A DNA stretch of 43,991 bases from NCBI GenBank assembly GCA_947596225.1, contig CANQEX010000003.1:1-43991 (forward strand), read 5' to 3'. Below are positions 30,416-41,429 of this stretch, piece by piece. The stretch's first letter is position 1. Every line of letters starts with the position of its first letter. The position numbers and the translations under genes were made by a program. The notes under the pieces are model-generated. The model was given only the letters and a program-made list of their open reading frames with translations. It was not told the DNA's origin and did not search any database. Source of the stretch: an uncultured Clostridia bacterium (GTDB lineage: Bacteria > Bacillota > Clostridia > TANB77 > CAG-508).

Positions 30416-33400
30416 TTAAACACCTCCTTTTTTCTTTGATAACACAATTTTGTTATACGTTATGAATACTGCAATACCTATTAATAAAATTGTTGTTATT
30501 ATTATTGAAATATTTATAAATATCTCTCCAGTTTTTATTAAAATTGATACATCTGCAGATCCTAAATCGTTTTCTCCTTGTGCTTTATTAGCTGGAGTAG
30601 AGTTATTATCAGAAACTCCATAAACGTTATAGTCTTCATAAATTTCTGCTACATTATTTATAACTCCTGTATTTTCCTCTGTCATTTGTCTAGTTAATAC
30701 TAATTTTATTGTAGTAGATTCTCCTGGTGCTAGTTCTTTATCAGCTAATACTGTTGTATATAAGTTTCCATCTGAACCTGTATACCAACTTGAATTAGCT
30801 TCTAATGAAGAGTTAAAAGTCATTCCTTCTGGCATATAGTCTACTATTTTCTTTACAAATCCAGTAATATCTCCAACATTTGACACTTTAAATGTATATT
30901 CAATATATACAGTTGAACCTGATATATATTTAGCAGCTATTTCTGTTTTTGCAAAAGTTGTATTTTCATACTTATCTGTTGTTGTTCCTTTAGAAGTTTG
31001 TGTAGTTATTTTAGAAATTGTTTTTTCTAGTTTTAAATCAAAAGTATCTGCTAAAATTAACCCTATATCTATTCCTGATACACTTCCATTTTCAACTTTT
31101 ATAACATCTGTAATAGCTCCATTTCTTACTTTGCCTTCTTGCTCTAACTTAGTAGTTAAAGCATCACTATTTACATTTGGATCAACTCCATCTTTTTGAT
31201 ATGTTGTTACAGAATATTTTACTGTATCATAATCAAATATAACTAGATAATTTCCATTTTGTACACCTGAAAATGTATAGCTACCTGTTGAATCTGTAGT
31301 AACTGCTTTTTGTATAATACCTGTTTGGCTATCTACTAATTTAACTGCTATTCCTGGTAATAATTCTTCACCATCTTCTCTCATACCATTTGAATTTTTA
31401 TCAAGCCATGCTACACCAGCAATTTTATATGTTTTTGTAATATTGGCTTTTACAGAAGTATCACTACCGTCCCCTTCATTATCTAAATTTGAAGATAATG
31501 CTGGTGAAGGTTCAACTATATGAGTTATCTCATTTGATCTTATTGCTGCTATATTTTCTGAAGATAGTTCAGCATAATTTGTAATAGATTTTTCTTTAAC
31601 TCCTTTTAAAAGATTTGCTACCCCATCTATACTAACTACTAATTCACTACCTGGCATCAAATCAGCTGTTATAACAGCTTCATTAGTTGCAGTTCTTGTA
31701 CTATGTTGCTCACCATCAACTAAACACTTAATATTTTGAACAATTACACCGTCTGGAACTATATCTGTTAATACAAGATTTTTAGCTATAGCTTTTCCTT
31801 CATTTTTAACTGTAAATTTATAGTTAATTTTATCTCCTTCTTGAATATAAGTATTTTTTGTATCTGTTGTTTGATTTATTACTAATACTGGTTTAGCAAT
31901 TTCAGTTGTCATTGTATTTGATTCATAAGTATCTGTTCCATCTGCTTTGGCTTTTATTACAGTATTAGCTCTTGAACTTGTTACATTATTTTGTAACTGA
32001 TTTGCTTTAACAGTTACTCCTAACATAACCTGTTCATGTTGATTTAATTTATCTACATTCCAAGTAATAGTTCTAGTAGTTTCATCAAAATTTGCTTGTG
32101 ACACATCTTCAAAACGTGTTTTATCATCTGATAATTTCATTATTGAAGCTTTTACAAAAGAAAATTCTGTTGGTAATTCTTCTGTAATTACTATATTATT
32201 TAATTCTTTATTAGCAATATTTTGAACATATATTAAGAAAGATACTTCTTTTTCTGGTGTGTATACTTCAGTTTGTACCATCGAATTATTTTGCATACTA
32301 TATTGTGAAATTTTTAAATCTGCTTTTACTACTTTTACTTTACTTGTATTTGATGTCATAACTGTATTTAAATCTTTTGCAGTAACATTTGAAGCCATTT
32401 CTATATTAATAGTATCAATATTCATCATTGAAATCATATTAGTTTGTAAATGTAAATCTACTACAATTTCTTCATTTTTTTCTAATTCTAAAAGATTTAT
32501 GTTTAAAATATTATCATCAATACTACTTGTTACATCTTCTCTTTCAATATCATATGAAATATATGTTGTATTATCTGGAATTGGAATTTGTATTTTTATA
32601 TCTTCTGCTTTATTTTCTCCAACGTTTTTAACAACTGTTTTTAGTACAAAGTCTTGATATTCTTTTACTGTTTCCTTGTTAATTTCAGTTGTTATACTTA
32701 ATTCTGGTCCTTTTCCAGTTGTTAATCCAACTAAATCAGGAATTGATACTTCATTAGTTACAGCAAGTTCAGAATTATTTGTATAATTTACTGCAAATGT
32801 ACCATAAAAATTCTCATTATGAGGCAAATTTGCAGGAATTGCAAATTGATATGTAAATCTTAAAACCTCTGTGTCTTGCATTTGATAATTTGAATCTACA
32901 GGCATAATTAAATATGATTTTATATTATCAAAACTTTCTGGGTTTGTTAACCATTTATTTGAAGCATCATTTAAATCTTTTGTAGCTTCTTTATTTTCTG
33001 AATAGTATACAGTAAATTGTGTACTATTACGTTGATCTGAAACTAATCCAGTAATTAACTTACTATCTAATGTTGTTCCTAATTCATTTCCATTTACTAT
33101 ATCTTTTACTCCTGTAAAAGGTATTCTTCCTAAAATAGATACATTTGAAACTGTATTTCCATTATTGTTCATAATTATAAGTTCCATAGTAGGATTTTTT
33201 TCTGTTGAATAAATATCTATTAAATCCTCTTTTTTACCTTGTCTTACAGAAGTAACAATATTATTATCTTTATAATTAGAAATACCATTAACAGCTACAA
33301 GTCCTGTAGGTGCAGAATAGTTAATTGTTATTTCTGATTTTCCTTCATTTTCATAATTTGTAGCTTCACTGTTATTGTATCTAAATTTTATTGTCTCTGT

Positions 33401-35491
33401 TTTAGCTGGTGTATATAAATTTACTTTTATATTAGCATTAAGAACTATGTTTGTACCATTTGTTAATACACCTGAATTTATTCCTTCTTGAATTCCATCT
33501 AATGTAATTACTATTGTTTTATTAACAACTTCTGCAGAAGTAAGAGTTAATCCTTCTGCATAAAGTAAACTTGCATCTGTTATTTCAATATTTTCTATTG
33601 ATTCTGGTAATTCTATTTCGAATACTGAATGACCATATATATCTGAGGTATCATTTGCATTGTTTAATTCAACTCTTAATTCAACATTTGTATTATTTTC
33701 AAGTGTTGAAAAACTATCTTTATTTATAACTAAATTTGCTTTAGTCTTTGTATCTACTAAGTTTGTAACTGTTTCAACATTTCCAACTTCTACAGCTTCT
33801 TCTACATATGTATAGTTTGCTTTAATAGTAGAGTTTGTAGATATACTTGCCATATTAATAAAAGTAGCTTTATCTAATGAAGAATTCTTCATAACTTTTA
33901 TATTACCAATTACTAAATTTCCTTCAGCTATTGGTTTTGTTAATTGAAATACTAATCTAGAATTAATATTTTCAAAATTAACTACTATATTTCCTTGTTC
34001 ATTTACTTGTGATTCATTATTAATAGTAGAAATAACATTACCATTTATATCTAAAACTTTAATTTCTCCATTCTCTCCTAAGATCTTATTAAAGTTTTCT
34101 TTTGATATATATATTTGTTTATAATAAATGTCATTATTTTCATAACGATTTGAATTTTTATCTATATATGAATTTGCAACATCTTCAACTACTATTCCTT
34201 CTACTATTTGAGAATATGAAATATTTATCATTGTTTTTGATAATAATTCAGTTTCATATTTTCCATTGTTAGCATAATTCATATAAGTATATGCTTTTGA
34301 AACTTCTGGAGTTTCATTATCTATATTTAGAGATACTATTTCACCAGTTTTACCATCTAAGGCATACTCATGGTTTTCATTATTTGTTACTACATTAACA
34401 TTATTTTCTTTTGAGCCACTTAATACTGATAATTTTGCTTCTATATTTGAATTTAAAGTAATTGGTTCTTGTGGTATTTCTAAATTTTTATATGTATATG
34501 TAATTAAATATTCATCAATACCAGAACCATTATAATATCTAGATTCTTCTACAACATCTTTTTCAGCATCTTGTAGATATTCATCTTCAAATTCATCTAC
34601 TTTAACTAATTGCTTTAAATTATCAACTTTTATTGTTATTTTATTATTATCTGCATCATAATTCCAATTATTTTGATCAAAAGTTACTTCTCCAACATTT
34701 TCTCCATTAGTTGCCATAGTACTATTAGCTATAATACTAACTTCACTTGGATAAACATTTTCAAAAACAGGAGCATCGATAACAATTTCTGATTCTTTTA
34801 TTGGTAAACTATTAGCATCTGTTGAATCATCAACTTTTAAAACTGTTTGTAATATAACACCATCTCCATAGTCTATATACTTTTCAACAGAATTTTCTAC
34901 TTTTACTTCTCTATTATCTTCCCAAGAAACATTTAAAGTAGTTTCCTTTGCTATTTGATTTTCTTCTCCTTTTTCATCAACATAAACACCTGTAAGTACT
35001 ACTAAAAAATCTTTTGATATTTTTTCTTCACTTACAAATTTTTCATTCTTATATTGAATTGGTACGGTTATTTCAACAGTATCATTTGAGTTATTAATTT
35101 GTTGCATAGTTATAATATTATCTTCAACTGATTGAACATAATCATCTAATTCTTCTTTCTCTTTCAATTCAAAATTTAAACCATTTTCTTCTTTCTCAAC
35201 AATTGCAATTTTAGCATCTTTTAAATATCCTGAGTCGTGAACATTTAATTTCATGCTAATTGCCAAATCCTGATTATTTACATCACTAATAACCGAAGTT
35301 TGTTTATTTTCTTCGGTTCCAAAATAAGCTTCAAATTCTACATTTTTGTGTCCTGTATCAGATTCCTCGCCAAATATAGCCTCAGTAAAACTAGAAGCAT
35401 ATGATTTAGTTACAAATGCAAAATTTGTAAAAGTTAATGTAAATATTAGGATTATGGCTAACAATTTTTCTAGAATTTTGTTTTTTAGCAT
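30416..35491 (-). CDS. Large cell-surface protein (1691 aa) with DUF11-like and SdrD-B-like domains and C-terminal anchor
   Basis: Signal peptide; GDKINYKFTVKNEG..LTDIVPDG; IAGVAWLDKNSNG..E; IKTG + TM + KKK; GGAGGG RBS. Confidence 0.8.
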   Translation of the reverse strand: MLKNKILEKLLAIILIFTLTFTNFAFVTKSYASSFTEAIFGEESDTGHKNVEFEAYFGTEENKQTSVISDVNNQDLAISMKLNVHDSGYLKDAKIAIVEKEENGLNFELKEKEELDDYVQSVEDNIITMQQINNSNDTVEITVPIQYKNEKFVSEEKISKDFLVVLTGVYVDEKGEENQIAKETTLNVSWEDNREVKVENSVEKYIDYGDGVILQTVLKVDDSTDANSLPIKESEIVIDAPVFENVYPSEVSIIANSTMATNGENVGEVTFDQNNWNYDADNNKITIKVDNLKQLVKVDEFEDEYLQDAEKDVVEESRYYNGSGIDEYLITYTYKNLEIPQEPITLNSNIEAKLSVLSGSKENNVNVVTNNENHEYALDGKTGEIVSLNIDNETPEVSKAYTYMNYANNGKYETELLSKTMINISYSQIVEGIVVEDVANSYIDKNSNRYENNDIYYKQIYISKENFNKILGENGEIKVLDINGNVISTINNESQVNEQGNIVVNFENINSRLVFQLTKPIAEGNLVIGNIKVMKNSSLDKATFINMASISTNSTIKANYTYVEEAVEVGNVETVTNLVDTKTKANLVINKDSFSTLENNTNVELRVELNNANDTSDIYGHSVFEIELPESIENIEITDASLLYAEGLTLTSAEVVNKTIVITLDGIQEGINSGVLTNGTNIVLNANIKVNLYTPAKTETIKFRYNNSEATNYENEGKSEITINYSAPTGLVAVNGISNYKDNNIVTSVRQGKKEDLIDIYSTEKNPTMELIIMNNNGNTVSNVSILGRIPFTGVKDIVNGNELGTTLDSKLITGLVSDQRNSTQFTVYYSENKEATKDLNDASNKWLTNPESFDNIKSYLIMPVDSNYQMQDTEVLRFTYQFAIPANLPHNENFYGTFAVNYTNNSELAVTNEVSIPDLVGLTTGKGPELSITTEINKETVKEYQDFVLKTVVKNVGENKAEDIKIQIPIPDNTTYISYDIEREDVTSSIDDNILNINLLELEKNEEIVVDLHLQTNMISMMNIDTINIEMASNVTAKDLNTVMTSNTSKVKVVKADLKISQYSMQNNSMVQTEVYTPEKEVSFLIYVQNIANKELNNIVITEELPTEFSFVKASIMKLSDDKTRFEDVSQANFDETTRTITWNVDKLNQHEQVMLGVTVKANQLQNNVTSSRANTVIKAKADGTDTYESNTMTTEIAKPVLVINQTTDTKNTYIQEGDKINYKFTVKNEGKAIAKNLVLTDIVPDGVIVQNIKCLVDGEQHSTRTATNEAVITADLMPGSELVVSIDGVANLLKGVKEKSITNYAELSSENIAAIRSNEITHIVEPSPALSSNLDNEGDGSDTSVKANITKTYKIAGVAWLDKNSNGMREDGEELLPGIAVKLVDSQTGIIQKAVTTDSTGSYTFSGVQNGNYLVIFDYDTVKYSVTTYQKDGVDPNVNSDALTTKLEQEGKVRNGAITDVIKVENGSVSGIDIGLILADTFDLKLEKTISKITTQTSKGTTTDKYENTTFAKTEIAAKYISGSTVYIEYTFKVSNVGDITGFVKKIVDYMPEGMTFNSSLEANSSWYTGSDGNLYTTVLADKELAPGESTTIKLVLTRQMTEENTGVINNVAEIYEDYNVYGVSDNNSTPANKAQGENDLGSADVSILIKTGEIFINISIIITTILLIGIAVFITYNKIVLSKKKGGV

Positions 35492-35751
35492 AATCTTAAT
35501 TCCCTCCTATAATAACAAATTTTTACATAGTATCTCACTATTATTTTTTTATAAGTATAATTTTACTCCTTTTTTTTTAGTAGTCAATACTCAAAGTGCT
35601 TAAAAATCAATAGTTTACATTTTTTTCCTTTTTAATTTATTACGGAAATTTAATTAGAGCAAATTTATATAAAATTAATATAAAATTTATGTTACATAAC
35701 AATTTTATATTAATTTTTAAATAACTTGTATTAGTATGATATACATTTTTT

Positions 35752-35780
35752 ATTATACACCGTTATGTAAACTTTTTCAA
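35752..35780 (-). promoter_or_regulatory. Candidate distal SigA promoter for the surface-protein operon
   Basis: TTGAAA-17 bp-TATAAT on the minus strand; a second candidate TTGACT-16 bp-TAAAAT lies at 35587-35560. Confidence 0.5.
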
Positions 35781-36021
35781 GTGTTTGCAGTATTTTTTTC
35801 AATTTTTTTTATTAGTATTAAAGGATTTGGTGTCTTTTTTTGTCGAATTTTTATCTTTTATTAATTTTGCCATTATTCCACATCAATTTTATTAATTTTT
35901 TATTAAAATATTCTTCTATTATCTATATACGTAAGTTATCTTATCTTTTTGTAATATTATTGCAACTTTTAATTTTTTTATCATATAAATATATTAATAT
36001 TTATATAAGGAGGGTTTGAAA

Positions 36022-36162
36022 ATGAATAACATGGACATTAATAAATTGTTAGCAGCCATTTCTAAAATGGATAAAGAAGAATTGGAAAAAAATATATACA
36101 AAGCTCAACAAATACTTGAGAACTCTAATATAAAAAATGAATTTAACAAGGACGATAAATAA
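36022..36162 (+). CDS. Small hypothetical protein (46 aa; MNNMDINKLLAAISKMDKEELEKNIYKAQQILENSNIKNEFNKDDK)
   Basis: Strong AAGGAGG RBS; stop lies 1 nt before the next ATG; below the ORF-track cutoff. Confidence 0.75.
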   Translation: MNNMDINKLLAAISKMDKEELEKNIYKAQQILENSNIKNEFNKDDK

Positions 36163-36163
36163 T

Positions 36164-36556
36164 ATGAATAATGATTTTTCAGAAGTTTTCAATAAATTTT
36201 CAGATATTTTAAAGGAAAAAAATATAGATATAAATAATATAATAGCAGGTGATAAAAATTCATCACCTGCCGAAAACTCAGATTTAGAATTTGATTTAGA
36301 CATAGAAACTATTTTAAAAATAAAAGATATATTATCAAAAATAAATAAAAATCAAAATTGTCCTAGAAATCATCTATTAAATGCATTAAAGCCATATCTT
36401 CAAAATAATAAAAAAGAAAAGTTAGATCAATACATAAAAATTGCAAACCTTTTAAGTGTTATGGAAAATTTAGATTTAGGAATTAATTTTTTAGAAAAAA
36501 ACAAAAAAGGTTATGACTTAATATTAATCATAACCTTAGTATTGCTTATTATTTAA
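36164..36556 (+). CDS. Hypothetical protein (130 aa) of clostridial type (PR..LL.ALKPYL motif)
   Basis: ATG 36164 with AAGGA RBS, coupled to the upstream small ORF. Confidence 0.7.
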   Translation: MNNDFSEVFNKFSDILKEKNIDINNIIAGDKNSSPAENSDLEFDLDIETILKIKDILSKINKNQNCPRNHLLNALKPYLQNNKKEKLDQYIKIANLLSVMENLDLGINFLEKNKKGYDLILIITLVLLII

Positions 36557-37158
36557 GTAACAATAATTTCATTTTTTTGAATTTTGCAAATTGGACATCT
36601 ATCAACTCTTTCTTCAACTTCTCTAACTAAATTTGCAATTCTTATTTGAGTAACATCAATATAATTTGCTGATATTATTGCCATAGTATTTCCATTTGCA
36701 CCTGCATGTGCAAGACCTCTTAATGCACCTAATATAATTATATTTCCACCAGCAACAATCTCTGCTCCTGCATTTACATCACCACATATAACTATACTAC
36801 CAGGATATTCTTCCCTTTGTCCTGATCTTAACGAATTTTGTACAAATTTCGTTTCAGAAATATCTGTATCAGCTTCAAATGTTTTTTTAATAGCGTGAAG
36901 TCCTAATAAATCTGAAGCCTCATCAAATTTTATTTCTACTTTTATTTCACTATTTATTATACTTTTTATTTTTTTTATTTCAGATTCAGTAAATAACCTA
37001 CCTGTAACTCTTATTGGTATAGTAGAAGATTGATAAAAATCTCTTAATTTTGGAAGTTTCATTTCCAATTCTTCAATAATTTCATTAATATCTGAAATTA
37101 TATTTACATTTAATATAATCTCATTAATAGTTTGACTTATTCTAATATTATTTAACAT
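36553..37158 (-). CDS. minC: Septum site-determining protein MinC
   Basis: SLRSGQ, GDVNAGAEIVAGGNI, LRGLAHAG beta-helix. Confidence 0.92.
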   Translation of the reverse strand: MLNNIRISQTINEIILNVNIISDINEIIEELEMKLPKLRDFYQSSTIPIRVTGRLFTESEIKKIKSIINSEIKVEIKFDEASDLLGLHAIKKTFEADTDISETKFVQNSLRSGQREEYPGSIVICGDVNAGAEIVAGGNIIILGALRGLAHAGANGNTMAIISANYIDVTQIRIANLVREVEERVDRCPICKIQKNEIIVT

Positions 37159-37173
37159 CCTTTTTACCTCTTT

Positions 37174-39312
37174 CTATATAAATGCTTCTATTTCTGTAGA
37201 AGCAGACATATCTTCATTTATCTCTCCCATATTCATACCAAAATATTCGTAAATTATCTGTTTTACAGTTTCAGCAGTATAATATCCATGTAATCCATTT
37301 TCTACCATAACAACAACTGCAATTTCTGGATTATCATATGGAGCAAAACCTGCAAACCATCCATCAGTTCTAGTTTTTCCTACTTCTGCTGAACCTGTTT
37401 TACCACCAACTTGTATTGGAAAATCTCTAAATGATGAAACTGCAGTTCCTCCTTCACCTTCTGTAACAGCTAACATTCCTTGATGTACTGCACGAATAGT
37501 TTCCTCGCTAATTTGTATATCTTCTGTTTGATCATCTTGTAAACCTAATTTTTTATTTATAAATTCATCTATTTCTGTTCTAGGTACTTGAGTTCCATTT
37601 GATTTATTAACACTTCTAATTATTGATATATCTAATTTTTGGCCACCATTTGCTATCATTGCTATATATTTTGCCATTTGTAATGGTGTAAATGCATTAA
37701 GTCCTTGACCTATAGAAGCATATGCTAATTGTGCTTTTGACCAAACTACCTTTTTTTCTTCTGCTACTGATTTTTGAGCTAAAGTACCACTTCTTTCACC
37801 AATTATTTCTATACCAGTTTTTGAGCCCAATCCAAAGTAATTAGCATATTTAGCTAAATTATCTATTCCCATTCTTATACCAACTTCAAAAAAGAAATAG
37901 TTACAAGATTTTTGAATTGCTTGTGATATATTTAAAGGTCCATGACCTCTTCCATAATCATTATAATACCAACATGCTGGATCTTGAACATCTCCAGTAA
38001 CTAATCCATAATATGGACCATTATCATTAATTTTTTCTGTTGTTGTTGTACTTCCTGTTTCAAGAGCAGCTATTGCTGTTACCATCTTAAAAGTAGATCC
38101 TGGTGCATAAGCACTTTGAAATGCTTTACTGTATAATGGGTGATATGGATTATTATTATATTCATCTAACTGACTTTTTGAAATACCATTATAAAATAAT
38201 CCTGGTTCATAATCTGGATAACTTGCCATAGCTAAAACTTCACCAGTTTTAACATTTACAACAACTGCAGCCCCTCCTTGTGCATCAACTGGCTGTCCAA
38301 ATCCTCCATTTCGTATTTGCATAATATTATCTTCTAATGCTTTTTCTGTAATTTCTTGTAAATTAGCATCTATTGTAAGAACAACATCTGCACCACCTAT
38401 TGCTTCCTGAGAAGTATATTCACCTGTAACTGTACCATCAACAGACATATCTATTTGTTTTGTTCCATCTTCTCCTCTTAAATATTCTTCAAAAGTTTTC
38501 TCTATACCTGTTTGACCAACTTTATCATCAGCTTCATATTCATAAGTATCACCATTTGCTTTAAATTCATCTTGATTATTTTTACTAATTCTACTTACGT
38601 ATCCTATAATATGTGATGCTAAAGTTCCTGTATGATATACTCTTATTGGTTCCACAACAATATTTATACCTGTTAAATTTTGTGAGTTTTCTTGAAGTTG
38701 TACTGCACTTTCTCTTGATATATTATCAGATATTTTAATAGATCTTGTTGTTGAATATCCTATTGTTGTTATTGCATATCTAATAGCTAATATTTGCCTT
38801 ATTTCTTTTATATTTTCACTGTTTATATTATATTTATCTCTAAATAAATAAAATGCTTCTTCTGCTGATGCTGTTTCTGGAATATCATATTTAATTTTCC
38901 ACTGTTTTAGTTCTTCTTCATTATTAAAGTGATATTCAAAAGGATTTATACTTATTGGGAATGTATCTACATAAGAATTACCATTTTGTTCTAATATATT
39001 AGTCATAAGTAAAATTGAATTATTTAATTGTTCATCTTCTGTTTTAGATCTATACATTTCTAAAGAAAATTGCATTTCTGTACTTACTAAAACATTTCCA
39101 TTTCTATCTAATATACTTCCTCTTGCAGCTTCAATTCTTGCTTCTCTAGTTAATCTAGTATTTGAAGTTTCTCTATATTCTGCTCCATTTACAATTTGTA
39201 AATCAAATAATCTTATTAATATAACTATTCCTATTAAATAAGCTACTGCAGTTAATAAATTATATCTAAAATTAGATTTCTCTAACTCATTTTTCTGGTT
39301 CAGATATCTCAC
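37174..39312 (-). CDS. mrdA: Penicillin-binding protein 2 (class B)
   Basis: N-terminal TM, RGSILDRNG, STFK, SCN, KTG; follows mreD. Confidence 0.9.
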   Translation of the reverse strand: MRYLNQKNELEKSNFRYNLLTAVAYLIGIVILIRLFDLQIVNGAEYRETSNTRLTREARIEAARGSILDRNGNVLVSTEMQFSLEMYRSKTEDEQLNNSILLMTNILEQNGNSYVDTFPISINPFEYHFNNEEELKQWKIKYDIPETASAEEAFYLFRDKYNINSENIKEIRQILAIRYAITTIGYSTTRSIKISDNISRESAVQLQENSQNLTGINIVVEPIRVYHTGTLASHIIGYVSRISKNNQDEFKANGDTYEYEADDKVGQTGIEKTFEEYLRGEDGTKQIDMSVDGTVTGEYTSQEAIGGADVVLTIDANLQEITEKALEDNIMQIRNGGFGQPVDAQGGAAVVVNVKTGEVLAMASYPDYEPGLFYNGISKSQLDEYNNNPYHPLYSKAFQSAYAPGSTFKMVTAIAALETGSTTTTEKINDNGPYYGLVTGDVQDPACWYYNDYGRGHGPLNISQAIQKSCNYFFFEVGIRMGIDNLAKYANYFGLGSKTGIEIIGERSGTLAQKSVAEEKKVVWSKAQLAYASIGQGLNAFTPLQMAKYIAMIANGGQKLDISIIRSVNKSNGTQVPRTEIDEFINKKLGLQDDQTEDIQISEETIRAVHQGMLAVTEGEGGTAVSSFRDFPIQVGGKTGSAEVGKTRTDGWFAGFAPYDNPEIAVVVMVENGLHGYYTAETVKQIIYEYFGMNMGEINEDMSASTEIEAFI

Positions 39313-39339
39313 CTCGATTCTAGCTTTAATTTCATTAGA

Positions 39340-39873
39340 CTAAAAATATCTAGTTAATATATTATTTCTTTTAAAAGTTCTATCTATTATATACCCTATT
39401 TTTTGTATAAAAGGATAAAAGAGAATTGATAATAAAACATTATATAAAATTTCTATTAAAATTATTTTAGTAAAATACCAATATTCTCTTTCAAATTGTA
39501 AAATAATTGAATTCATAAAATAAGAACCTAATTCAAAAATAATTGTGGCTCCAACTACCATAAAAATTATTGTTAATTTGTTTTCTTTAGAAAAGTTTTT
39601 ATCAAAATATGAACCTAAAAAGCCTATTATGCATAACATTACAGCTGTAACTCCTATAGTTTTTCCATATAACAAATCTAAAATCAATCCACAAATTACT
39701 CCAAATGAAATTCCTAAAATCTGGTTTGCAAAAAGTCCTATAAAAAGAATATATATAACAAATAAATTAGGTTTTATTCCTGCTATTGTTAAACTGCTAA
39801 AAATATCAACTTGAAGGAAATATAATAAAAAGAAAACTAATATTAATGATATTACTATCCAAAATTTTTTCAT
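39340..39873 (-). CDS. mreD: Rod shape-determining protein MreD
   Basis: Hydrophobic; GIKPNL, GLILDL; between mreC and pbp2. Confidence 0.88.
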   Translation of the reverse strand: MKKFWIVISLILVFFLLYFLQVDIFSSLTIAGIKPNLFVIYILFIGLFANQILGISFGVICGLILDLLYGKTIGVTAVMLCIIGFLGSYFDKNFSKENKLTIIFMVVGATIIFELGSYFMNSIILQFEREYWYFTKIILIEILYNVLLSILFYPFIQKIGYIIDRTFKRNNILTRYF

Positions 39874-39905
39874 TTATATTTTCCTTTCTTCATTTTTCAT
39901 AAAAT

Positions 39906-40721
39906 TTATTGATTAATTATTAATACTGTATCTACTTTAGAAAAATCAACTGCTGGCTCAACTATTGCATATCTGTCTGTAATATTGCTTGTTGTTATAA
40001 TTTCTTTTATAGTTCCTATTATTATTCCCTTTGGATAAATTCCACCAACACCTGAGGTATATACACTATCTCCTTGTATAACTTCTGCTCCTGTAGGTAT
40101 ATATGACGCTCTTAGAACTTGATTATTTTCTAGAGTTCCTTTACAGATAATACTTTCTTGAGTAGTGCTTAAGGTACAACTTACTGTACTTGCAGAATCT
40201 ATTATAACTTGAACTTTACAAGTATTTGTTGAAACAGATACAACATGTCCAACTAAGCCTTTTTCTGCAATTACTGTCATATTTTCTTTTATACCATCAT
40301 TTTCCCCTACATTTAAAACAATAGTACTATTAAAATTACTAACATCTCTATTTATTACATATGCTGGAATCGTTTGATAAGAAGAATATTTTTTTGTTAA
40401 CCCCATATAATCTTGAAGAGTTTTATTATCTGCTTTTATGGATTCAAGTTCTCTTAATTGTGTTTCAAGTTCTTCATTTTTTTCTTTTAACTGCTTATTC
40501 TCTTCAATTATACTATCCATATTAGAAAAATAAGTACTATTTCCTTGTATTTTATTTTTTAAATCTGTAAAAATCCTTTGTATAGGATTTACTATACTAC
40601 TTGCAACAGATTCAAAATATGATAATTTATTAGTTTCAACATTAGAAAGGAAAATCAAAAGTATTAAAATTATAACTGTTACAACTCCCCCTAAAATTTC
40701 AGTTTGCTTATTTCTATTCAT
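39906..40721 (-). CDS. mreC: Rod shape-determining protein MreC
   Basis: TM plus coiled coil; GLVG.V, VYTSGVGGIYPKGI, PAVDF. Confidence 0.93.
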   Translation of the reverse strand: MNRNKQTEILGGVVTVIILILLIFLSNVETNKLSYFESVASSIVNPIQRIFTDLKNKIQGNSTYFSNMDSIIEENKQLKEKNEELETQLRELESIKADNKTLQDYMGLTKKYSSYQTIPAYVINRDVSNFNSTIVLNVGENDGIKENMTVIAEKGLVGHVVSVSTNTCKVQVIIDSASTVSCTLSTTQESIICKGTLENNQVLRASYIPTGAEVIQGDSVYTSGVGGIYPKGIIIGTIKEIITTSNITDRYAIVEPAVDFSKVDTVLIINQ

Positions 40722-41404
40722 TTAAAATACCTTTCATTTTTAAAATCTAAAATACTTTCGTATGTACCATCACCAATTATTATATGATCTAATAATTGTA
40801 TATCCAGTAATTGTCCTGCTGATTTTACTTTTTTAGTAAATTCAATATCAATATTACTTGGCATTGGATTTCCACTTGGATGATTATGTACTAATATAAT
40901 TTTAGGGATTTGCATTTTTACAGGTTCAGATAAAATACTCTTTATATTAATTGATATATTGTTTTCATTTCCAACAGCCAATGTTAAAATTTTTTTAATT
41001 ATATTTTGATGATTAAGTAAAACAATTTTTAATATTTCATTTTTCTCATTTCTTAATTCTGCCATAAATAACTGTGCTATATCATATTGAGATTTTACTT
41101 GATTGTTTTTTAATGGTGTATTAATTCTTTTTGCTATTTCTCCAATAGCCTTAAGTTCTAAAGCTTTTATGTTTCCAATACCTTCGACTTTTTTTAACTC
41201 TTTAATTGATATTGTTTGAAGAAACTTTAAGCTATTTTCATTTAAATTTATTAAAATTTGAGCAATTTCTAAAGCTGATTTTTGTTTTGTTCCCGTTTTT
41301 ATTATTATTGATAAAAGTTCACTATTGCTAAGAGAATTTTCACCATACATTAATAATTTTTCATAAGGTCTTTCAAAATAAGGAATATTTTTTAGTTTTC
41401 CCAT
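40718..41404 (-). CDS. radC: RadC/JAB domain protein
   Basis: RPYEKL..G..LSNSELL, HhH GIG..KA, HNHPSG, LLDHIIIG. Confidence 0.93.
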   Translation of the reverse strand: MGKLKNIPYFERPYEKLLMYGENSLSNSELLSIIIKTGTKQKSALEIAQILINLNENSLKFLQTISIKELKKVEGIGNIKALELKAIGEIAKRINTPLKNNQVKSQYDIAQLFMAELRNEKNEILKIVLLNHQNIIKKILTLAVGNENNISINIKSILSEPVKMQIPKIILVHNHPSGNPMPSNIDIEFTKKVKSAGQLLDIQLLDHIIIGDGTYESILDFKNERYFK

Positions 41405-41429
41405 TTACTCCTTTCTGTTATTTTAGCCC

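Noticed and set aside
36022-36170. Possible third frameshift joining the 46-aa ORF and the 36137 ORF
   Set aside because: There is no CGG, and the second gene has its own RBS and ATG right after the stop, so translational coupling suffices.
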